From Thermofilaceae archaeon (lineage in GTDB: Archaea; Thermoproteota; Thermoprotei; Thermofilales; Thermofilaceae), in the NCBI GenBank assembly GCA_038727095.1, contig JAVYWK010000020.1:1-35286 (forward strand): a stretch of DNA of 35,286 nucleotides, written 5' to 3'. Positions within the stretch are counted from its first letter, which is position 1. Every line of letters begins with the position of its first letter. The notes beneath the pieces were generated by a model, which saw nothing but the letters and a program-made list of their open reading frames with translations, did no database searches and had not been told where the DNA came from. The translations under genes and the position numbers were made by a program. Positions 26,149 to 33,760 of the stretch are shown piece by piece.

Positions 26149-27629
26149 TATTGGACGTCGGGACGACGAACGTTAAAGCCTGCGCCTTCTCCGGCGGGAA
26201 GCTCCTCGAAAGCGCGGAGGAGAAGCTTACCCCGCTTCACCCTCAACCGGGCTGGGCTGAGCTGGACCCGATGCAGGTCGTGAGGGCCGTCTACAGGGTG
26301 TCTGACGCGATCGTCTCAAAGCTCGGCATACCGAAGGCTCTTGGGATCACGAATCAGAGGAGCAGCACGGCGGTTTGGTACAGGGAGACGGGGGAGCCGT
26401 TGTGCAACATCATCACGTGGCAGGACACCCGCACGATACAGCTGGTGAGGGAGTACTCGAGGAAGGGGCTTGTCGCGCTCGGCAGGTGCGTTGGGAGAGC
26501 CGCCGAGGCGTTGTCCACGATCGTGAGGCCGTTGAAGTTCACGAGGCGCGGGGCCTACCTGATCACCCTGGCCCACGCGTCCTTCGGCACGACCCACTCA
26601 TCGGTGCACTCGCGCTGGATCATGGACAACGTGGAGGGCGCTAGATCCGCGCTGGAGCGGGGGGCAGCGGTCTTCGGGACGATGGACTCGTGGGTTGCGT
26701 GGAACCTCACGGGGGAGCACGTCACGGACTACACGAACGCTAGCGCTACCGGTCTCTTCGACCCATACGCGATGAGGTGGAGCGCCACACTCCTCAAGTT
26801 GCTCGAGATCCCACAGCAGTGCCTACCCCGCATCGTCACCAACGACACGCCAATCGGAAGGGTGAGCCACCTCGACGCCCCCCTTTTGACCATCATCGCG
26901 GACCAGCAGGCATCGCTCTACGTTGCGGGCGTCAGAAAGGGCGCGGCGAAGATCACTTGCGGCACGGGAGCCTTTATTGACGTAAACGTTGGGGCGCGAC
27001 CGCCCCCCGCGGCCAGGGGGATCTACCCGATGGTCGCCCTCACGACGAGGAAGAATACACTCTACCTCCTCGAGGGGTTCGTAACCACCGCGGGCTCCGC
27101 GATCGAGTGGCTGCTGAGGATCGGTGTGCTGAAGGACTACTCCGAACTCGACGAGGCGGCGACCAAGGGGCGCAGTGGCGTGATCTTCGTACCGGCTCTC
27201 GAGGGTTTGGGGACGCCCTTCATGAAACCGGACGCCAGGGCGGTTCTCGCGAACCTCTCGAGCGACACGACGAGGGAGGACTTGATCAGGGGGGTGCTCG
27301 AGGGTATAGCAGCCTGCTGCTCCCTCGCGATGAGCCACCTGCAGAGAGCGTCGCACGTTGAGATCCCGGAGGTGTTCGCGGACGGCGGGTTAACCCAGTC
27401 CAACGTCTTCCTCCAGCTGCTCGCCGACTTCTCGGCGCGGAAGATCGTGAGAACGCACTACTCGAACAACTCCGCCTATGGCGCGTACATGCTGTGCGAG
27501 CGCATCATCAGGGGCGAGGACCCCATAGAGCACTGGACCCCACCCGGTATCAGCCGGATCTTCGAGCCGAGAGGCGGAAGCGTTCTACCGGCTCGTCTCA
27601 TAAGTCTACTGAAGCGGACAATGAGTTAA
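26133..27629 (+). CDS. FGGY-family kinase, glycerol kinase-like
   Basis: LDVGTTNVK, GITNQRS, ITWQDTR, TDYTNASATGLF, DQQAS, KITCGTG and DGG. Confidence 0.9.
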   Translation: MGYFLILDVGTTNVKACAFSGGKLLESAEEKLTPLHPQPGWAELDPMQVVRAVYRVSDAIVSKLGIPKALGITNQRSSTAVWYRETGEPLCNIITWQDTRTIQLVREYSRKGLVALGRCVGRAAEALSTIVRPLKFTRRGAYLITLAHASFGTTHSSVHSRWIMDNVEGARSALERGAAVFGTMDSWVAWNLTGEHVTDYTNASATGLFDPYAMRWSATLLKLLEIPQQCLPRIVTNDTPIGRVSHLDAPLLTIIADQQASLYVAGVRKGAAKITCGTGAFIDVNVGARPPPAARGIYPMVALTTRKNTLYLLEGFVTTAGSAIEWLLRIGVLKDYSELDEAATKGRSGVIFVPALEGLGTPFMKPDARAVLANLSSDTTREDLIRGVLEGIAACCSLAMSHLQRASHVEIPEVFADGGLTQSNVFLQLLADFSARKIVRTHYSNNSAYGAYMLCERIIRGEDPIEHWTPPGISRIFEPRGGSVLPARLISLLKRTMS

Positions 27630-28100
27630 CTGGCCCCGGCAGTCACTTTCGCAGGTTAAGATGCCGAAGAGTTCGACTCCTCGAGACTTCTCCTCTACAC
27701 GTTGAGGTACAGGGGGTTCTGCGGCAGCACAGCCCGAGTCCCGCCCGGTTAGGAGGTGCAGATTGCACCGACGGGCTTCTATTGCCTGTTGGTGAAGCTG
27801 AGGTAAGGGATGCATAATTGTTCTGGATCGAAGGTGTTCGATCCGACTTCAATCGCTCTGGTCAACACTCAAAACCGTCCCCAATGTTTCAGCGGGATAG
27901 AGGCTGATAGAACTCGAGCGGCCCAGAGAGGATCTTTTATTGTGAAAGCATGGGAACTGTCATGCGTCAGCGGTTTGACGACCATCGCGACGGAATTGTG
28001 AGGGAAATCGGCCATCGATACTGAGGCAGCTGCAGTTGCATCCTTGGGGAGAAGGAGGTCCACACCGTTGCCCCCTATACCCGGTTCACGCTTTAAGCGG

Positions 28101-29591
28101 CTAGGAGGCGATATCCCTCGTTCTTAGGATTTCTGAGATTAATTCGACGGACAGGTAGTGCATCAAAGCCGCGAGCGCTAAGGATACGGCTGAGAATACG
28201 GGTAGCCACGGGGCGCCCGACCCCAGAAGTACCACGAAGATCATAAGGGGTACTGCAAAAACTGTCGCTCCACCCATTATGATAAGGAGTACGCTCTCCT
28301 CCAACGTTGTCAACCCCTCGACGTGTCTGACCAGCCTCTTCCTGGGAAGAAGGTAGGCTACCGCGAGGAGGATCGCAGCCGCTGACCCTTCTGCAGCGGG
28401 TAGCGCGGCTATCGGCACAAGCAGGTACTCGTACTTCCCGGTTAGGAAGAGGTTGAAGAGCGCCAGGCAAGCTGACAGCTCTAGCATATAGATTGTGAGT
28501 CTAAGCAGTAACGCGTTCACGATGGCCTTGAAGCTTCCCCCGCACACTCGGTAAACCCAGATTGGCGCTATGTGAAACTGGATCGTGGAAACCGCCATAG
28601 CGGATACGATGGGGAACAACACGCCGGATAGAACGGCCACGAAGGGAGGAAGCATGCTTAAACCGTCACCTGCTCGCAGGAACATGCGTAGAATGTTCCC
28701 CGCGAGGATTGATGCTGCCAGGCCTATGAAGAGTGCCACCGCGTGGTGTTTAGATAGCAGAGGTTTCCAGAGCACTAGCCCGTAGATGACTACGTCGGGT
28801 TTACCGTAGAGAGGCTGCCCGGCTTCCTCCTCTTCGGGCTGCGTGGATGCCTCGACTGGGAGCTTTAAGTGCTCGGGGTGCACTAGTCTCACGGCTCTCG
28901 CTTGAGCAAGCAAGAGGAGGACTGTGACCACGTATATGGGCGCGCTTTCGATCAATACCTGATCGAAAGGCTCGGTTATCGTGAAGCACAGCACGATTGG
29001 GCGCGCAACCCACCCGGTGGGGAGGGTGAGTAGTGGGGATGGCCCCATCAGAGCTATCGAGTGCAGTACAGAGAGTGCGAGGTAGACCAACGCTGCGGTA
29101 AGCGGCTTCTGGCCATCGCTGCGCAGGAGGATGAACTCCAGGTTTCTGAATAGGAGGTTCAACGCGGCTGCCACGAGTGTTATGAGGAGGGGGAAGTACA
29201 GGGCTTTAGCCAGGTTGCCTGAATTCACCGTGTACGCGATATTGATCCAGTATACGCTGTAGGCGAAAGTCGTCAATGTGCTGTTAATCGTTTGAGCGGC
29301 GAAGTACTCGCTGAGCGAGACTGGGCACGTCAGTAGGATTTCGCGGTCAGCCTCTCTCGTGATCGCAACGAACCTTGTCCTACTCTTGAGCGCCACGTAC
29401 AGCAGCAGCGAAACTGTCAGAACCGCGCTAAGGTATTTCTCCGCCTGCTCCTTCGTCACGTTGAAGGGAATGGATCTAGCTGCAGGACGCTCTGAGGCGA
29501 AAACCGAAAGGGCGGTAGGTAGGCCGACCACGAATAGGGCTACCGCCAAGACGAGGTGCGCGCGCGAAGCCTTCAGAAGGTACCAGCTCAT
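28101..29591 (-). CDS. Polytopic membrane protein, putative ABC exporter permease
   Basis: About 12 hydrophobic segments, EADREILLTCPVS motif, two-halves organisation. ATG at 29591 is the likely start. Confidence 0.7.
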   Translation of the reverse strand: MSWYLLKASRAHLVLAVALFVVGLPTALSVFASERPAARSIPFNVTKEQAEKYLSAVLTVSLLLYVALKSRTRFVAITREADREILLTCPVSLSEYFAAQTINSTLTTFAYSVYWINIAYTVNSGNLAKALYFPLLITLVAAALNLLFRNLEFILLRSDGQKPLTAALVYLALSVLHSIALMGPSPLLTLPTGWVARPIVLCFTITEPFDQVLIESAPIYVVTVLLLLAQARAVRLVHPEHLKLPVEASTQPEEEEAGQPLYGKPDVVIYGLVLWKPLLSKHHAVALFIGLAASILAGNILRMFLRAGDGLSMLPPFVAVLSGVLFPIVSAMAVSTIQFHIAPIWVYRVCGGSFKAIVNALLLRLTIYMLELSACLALFNLFLTGKYEYLLVPIAALPAAEGSAAAILLAVAYLLPRKRLVRHVEGLTTLEESVLLIIMGGATVFAVPLMIFVVLLGSGAPWLPVFSAVSLALAALMHYLSVELISEILRTRDIAS

Positions 29592-29742
29592 GATCAACGT
29601 CCTACGCGGGCGCCTTGACCTATCCGAACAGTGATGGATAGAAGTCACAGCAACCTTGACACGCCGTTTTCTTCGGCTTTAATAAGTCAACCGGCACCTG
29701 AGAGATCCTACAACCCGGTTTCGGCCTTGAGGAAGCCCGCTG

Positions 29743-30402
29743 CTACTCATACCACGCGGCCCTAAGCGTCTTAGCATGAACCTTGGTGAAGCTGCTGAGC
29801 TTCTCGATCAGCAGCTTGACCTTCGAGAGCGGCGGCTCAGGGAGCCTGTTGCCGTAGTTATCGTAGCCGATATAGACCTCCGCTGGCCTAACTTCCCTAA
29901 GAGCTGACACGAACTCGTCCAGCTCGAAGTCAAGGACGGGTTCGATAACGATAACCTTCCTCGGCCACTCGAGCTCAGCCATCACCCTCAACCTCTCGCT
30001 GGGCTTAGGGGCGGCCGAAACCCTCTCGTAGCCATCATCGGTGCAGGTTTCAATCGTCGCGCCGAGCTCTACGTTCTCCGGCATGGCGGTGATGAACTCA
30101 AGGTAGCGGGAGGGGTTCTTCGTCAGGAAGAAGAAGGTGGTCTCCCTGTGTCTAGCGGCTACATTTAGCACCCTGAGGATCCAGTCGCGAGGAACCCAGC
30201 TTCCCCACAGGTCCCCCATGTCGCTCACGAAAACCCACTCACCCGGCCTGAAGCGCCTGGAGAAGGCCCGCTCGTTGAGTGCCGGCTTAAACCTGTTTTC
30301 AGCGTAATGTGGGTGCCTCCTCAACCTGGTTGTAGCTAGTCTGCGCGCCCAGCAGTAGACGCAGTTGTGGAGGCAGCCAGTGACAGGATTCCACGAGGCC
30401 AC
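29743..30402 (-). CDS. DUF5131 / phage Gp37Gp68-like radical-SAM-related protein
   Basis: WNPVTGCLHNCVYCWA (CxxxCxxC), FVSDMGDLW, FLTKNP and IEPVL. Confidence 0.88.
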   Translation of the reverse strand: MASWNPVTGCLHNCVYCWARRLATTRLRRHPHYAENRFKPALNERAFSRRFRPGEWVFVSDMGDLWGSWVPRDWILRVLNVAARHRETTFFFLTKNPSRYLEFITAMPENVELGATIETCTDDGYERVSAAPKPSERLRVMAELEWPRKVIVIEPVLDFELDEFVSALREVRPAEVYIGYDNYGNRLPEPPLSKVKLLIEKLSSFTKVHAKTLRAAWYE

Positions 30403-30423
30403 ACATTGCGGTGGAGCGGCCTG

Positions 30424-31806
30424 CTAAAACGGTTGTCCTGCACACGAACGTGGAGCTACGCGCCTGTCAGCCCCCCTGTACAGCAGCAAGCCGAGGGCTG
30501 TAACTAGAGCAGTGCTGAGCCAGACAGCCCAGTCATTAAAGCCGGCGATGATGAACGCTGCTATCAGCCCGCTGGAGGCGAGAGGTAGCAGTGGTAGGGA
30601 GCCCACGTTTAACGGCGTCCTGTAGTGCCTCTGAAGGTGGGGCGCTTTCAGCCTGAGAGCGATGAGGGAGAAGTTCACGAGCAGCGATGCTAGCAGCATG
30701 GCTAGGCTCGCTGTCTTGCCAACCAGGTCGATCAACTGGTACTCGAAACCGTTGATCCTGGGGCGCCAGCCGGTTGCAACGGGCAACAGCTCGTTGAGCG
30801 CCACGATCGCGATGGCCATCAGCCCGGACAGGGCTACGCTGTAGTGGGGGGTGCGCCTCCACCTGCACACGGAGCCGAGCTTCCTCCAGGTGACCTCCTC
30901 CAGGGATAAGCCGTAGAGGAGCCTTGATGCGGCGACCATGTAGCCCAGCGCGCTATTAGCGGTGGCGCTGAGCGCGATGAGCATCAAGAGCTGCGCGGCT
31001 TGAGGGATTGCTCGAGCCGCAGCGTCGATCAGCGGCGCCCTGCTCGCACCCACCTCCTCCCAGCTCATCAACCGCACCAGGGAGAGACTGAGGGCTACCG
31101 TCACGCCAGCCACTATGGCAACGGAAAGCACGATCGCCTTTGGCACGTTCCTCTCAGCGTCCCGAGTTTCCTCGCATAAGGTCGGCTGCAGCTCGAAACC
31201 CGAGCAGGCGAAGTATAGGATCGCGGCACCAGCCATGATCGCCCCCAAGGGGTTGACGGTTGGGTTAAATGATGCGTAGTTCGCGCTCCTCGTGGGCCAG
31301 AGGGCTCCAGCCACAACGACTAAGCCGAGCCCAAAGAGCTCTACGAGAGTAAGGATTGCGGCAAAAAGCGCCGACTCTTCAATACCCCACCAGTTCAGCA
31401 CCGTAAGGGAAGCGAGCAGCAACAGCGCGACCGGCAGCACGAGGTCGCTTCTACCCGTGAGCTGGGCAACGTGGTTTGAGAAACCGATCGCGTCTGTAGA
31501 CGCTCCAGCTGCGGCACCAAAGAACAGAAACCAACCCGCCAGGAAAGCTAGCAGCTTAAACCTGGGGAAAGCCTCCACTACGTACCTGTACACGCTCGAA
31601 TCGTACGGAAACATCCCCGCCAACTCCGCGTAAGAGAAGGCCACAGTAAGGGCGATGACGCCCGCCAGGACCGCGCTCACCCACCCAGCGTCTCCGACCA
31701 ACCCGATAGCTCTACCTACCAGCACGTAGTTCCCAGCGCCTAAGATCAAGCCGATCCCGAACAGAGTGGCGTAGCCGAGTCCCAGCGCCCTCCTAAGTGA
31801 AGCCAT
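30424..31806 (-). CDS. APC-family amino acid permease
   Basis: From ATG 31806: LRRALGL..ATLFGIGLILGAG, SYAELAGMFP, YFACSGFE, EET..AERNVPKAI and ASRLLYG. Confidence 0.92.
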   Translation of the reverse strand: MASLRRALGLGYATLFGIGLILGAGNYVLVGRAIGLVGDAGWVSAVLAGVIALTVAFSYAELAGMFPYDSSVYRYVVEAFPRFKLLAFLAGWFLFFGAAAGASTDAIGFSNHVAQLTGRSDLVLPVALLLLASLTVLNWWGIEESALFAAILTLVELFGLGLVVVAGALWPTRSANYASFNPTVNPLGAIMAGAAILYFACSGFELQPTLCEETRDAERNVPKAIVLSVAIVAGVTVALSLSLVRLMSWEEVGASRAPLIDAAARAIPQAAQLLMLIALSATANSALGYMVAASRLLYGLSLEEVTWRKLGSVCRWRRTPHYSVALSGLMAIAIVALNELLPVATGWRPRINGFEYQLIDLVGKTASLAMLLASLLVNFSLIALRLKAPHLQRHYRTPLNVGSLPLLPLASSGLIAAFIIAGFNDWAVWLSTALVTALGLLLYRGADRRVAPRSCAGQPF

Positions 31807-32143
31807 GCGTCGAGCACCTTGGCGAAGGCTCCCCCCTCTTCTGGTTAAAAACCTACCGTGTAAAAGCAATGAAATTATCAGAAAAAGAGGATAAAATGGT
31901 AAGAATGTACATAAATTAAATCAAATAGTATTCTTATGAAACACTACTACGCGTGACCGAGCTTTAAATCTCCTTGAATTTACACACGCTACTAATTAAG
32001 ATTCCTTCAAGGAATTTTCGGCTAAAAAGGTGTTCTGCTCCGGCAATGAACAAAACCTGGTTGGCACGGCTTACTCAGCAGCGCGAGTCGGCGTGAGCAT
32101 CAACCTCAGAAATGCTTTTTGGTCCTGCTCGCTGGACCACCTC

Positions 32144-32611
32144 GTGCGGAAAAGGGATGTATTCGACAGGCTGCTTAGGGAGATAGAAGCCGTAGTGGAC
32201 TCAAGCCTCGAGAGGGAGGAGAAGCTGAAGAGGGTCTGCGAGCTTTTAGCCAGCAGCGTGGATTACTACGATTGGGTCGGCTTCTACCTCGTTGACGAGG
32301 CTAAGGGTAACGAGCTGGTGCTGGGACCCTTCGTCGGTGAACCAACCGAGCACGTCAGAATCCCCTTTGGGAGGGGCGTCTGCGGCCGCGCAGCAGTTGA
32401 GCTCAAGACGATCATCGTCCAGGACGTGTCGAAGGAGACTAACTACCTAGCGTGCAGCCCCCTCGTGAAGTCGGAGATCGTCGTCCCAATCTTCAGGGAG
32501 GGGAAGTTCATCGGAGAGCTCGACATCGATTCGCACCAGCTGGCTCCCTTCACGGAGGAGGATAGGGAGTTCCTGGAGAAGGTAGCGAACCTGGTGGCGA
32601 AGGTGCTCTAG
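32144..32611 (+). CDS. msrC: GAF-domain protein, free methionine-R-sulfoxide reductase-like
   Basis: WVGFY, LVLGPFVG, IPFGRGVCG, YLAC...SEIVVP and LDIDS. GTG 32144 is the likely start. Confidence 0.85.
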   Translation: MRKRDVFDRLLREIEAVVDSSLEREEKLKRVCELLASSVDYYDWVGFYLVDEAKGNELVLGPFVGEPTEHVRIPFGRGVCGRAAVELKTIIVQDVSKETNYLACSPLVKSEIVVPIFREGKFIGELDIDSHQLAPFTEEDREFLEKVANLVAKVL

Positions 32612-32762
32612 CGGCAGCGCGCTGAACCTCGCGCGGTAGTTCGGCAGAAAGTTTTCCAGGCGGCTCTCGCTCATGAACGTAAATCTTTTAAAGTTTTCTA
32701 AGGTTACCCCTCCCCCCAAACTCACAATCCGTAATATTTAGGCGAATTAGTAGAAGGTTTCC

Positions 32763-33464
32763 GTGAGCAGTAAGCTCACGTTAGTTAAGGCGGAAGACGT
32801 CCGCCTGAAGCGTTTAAGCACGGGCTTGCGCGACCTCGACCGCTTAACGGGCGGGCTCGTGGGCGGAGCCGCGCACCTGTTCTACGGGCTTGAACCTGCG
32901 CTCTCGCGCTTGTTCAACACGATCGTCGGCGCAGCCGCCGTCTCCGAGCGGGTCCTCGTGGTGACGGCGAGAGACTACCACAGGGGTAGATCCCTCAGCA
33001 CCTTCGACCTGGCTGAAGCCGTGTCGGCTTTCGGCGGCGACCCGCTGGACTGCCTAGGCAGGATCCTCGTCGCTAACGCTTACAGCCGCGAGCAGCTGGC
33101 CGCTCTCGGGGGTTGGCTCGCCGCTCAAGCGCCGGAAGTCGGTCTAGCAGCCGTCCTCCACCTCACCGACCTCTACGAGCCCCACAGGTACGGGGAGCTC
33201 CAGCGCTTCCTGGGCGGGCTGCGGGGGCTGTTGGCCCGCGGAGCGGCGCTCGCACTCTTCACCGGGCCCGCCTCGAGATCGCAGCTGCCCCGACCGGATG
33301 GCCCCCACTTCCTGAGGCACTTCTGCGCCACGATCGTTAGAGTGGAGAAGGCGAAGAGGGGCTTCGCTCGGCTGGTGGTGGAGAAGGGGCCTGTGGGCAC
33401 CCCGGCTGTTGCGTACGCCAGGTGCACTGGCCCCATACTGGCGGACGTGGAGGGGTGGTTCTAG
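32763..33464 (+). CDS. Inactivated RadA/RecA-family protein (iRadA) of the polB2 operon
   Basis: LSTGLRDLDRLTGGL start typical of the RecA family, but the Walker A region reads FYGLEPALS (no GKT); GPHFLRHFC near the C-terminus. Confidence 0.75.
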   Translation: MSSKLTLVKAEDVRLKRLSTGLRDLDRLTGGLVGGAAHLFYGLEPALSRLFNTIVGAAAVSERVLVVTARDYHRGRSLSTFDLAEAVSAFGGDPLDCLGRILVANAYSREQLAALGGWLAAQAPEVGLAAVLHLTDLYEPHRYGELQRFLGGLRGLLARGAALALFTGPASRSQLPRPDGPHFLRHFCATIVRVEKAKRGFARLVVEKGPVGTPAVAYARCTGPILADVEGWF

Positions 33465-33760
33465 TGGGTAGGGCGGTGCCCAGCCTGAGGGAGAAGCTCG
33501 CGGAAGTCTTGAGGAGCATTGAGGCGGAGATGCTCCCCCTTCTCTCCCGGGAGAGGAGGGTGGCTTACCAGAGGGTTTCGCGCGCCTGGGTTGAGGAGTA
33601 CGCCGCAGTGTCGAACTGCTCGTACCCGCACGCGCTGGTGATGATGCTGCTCGTCTCGATCCTCGACCTGCAGGCCCAGCTTACAGAGCTTGAGGAGCGT
33701 TTGCGCAGGTTGGAGGGGGTTGAGGGTGGCGGGTGCGGCGCGCTTCCTGCTCGAGGTTGA
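33464..33760 (+). CDS. Small PolB2-associated protein (arCOG07300-like)
   Basis: MGRAVPSLREKL start, helical with C-terminal coiled coil; GTG overlaps the TAG of iRadA; lies immediately before polB2. Confidence 0.7.
   Translation: MGRAVPSLREKLAEVLRSIEAEMLPLLSRERRVAYQRVSRAWVEEYAAVSNCSYPHALVMMLLVSILDLQAQLTELEERLRRLEGVEGGGCGALPARG

Noticed and set aside
31860-32030. Replication origin
   Set aside because: AT-rich, but no recognisable ORB repeats and no adjacent orc1/cdc6 or whiP gene.
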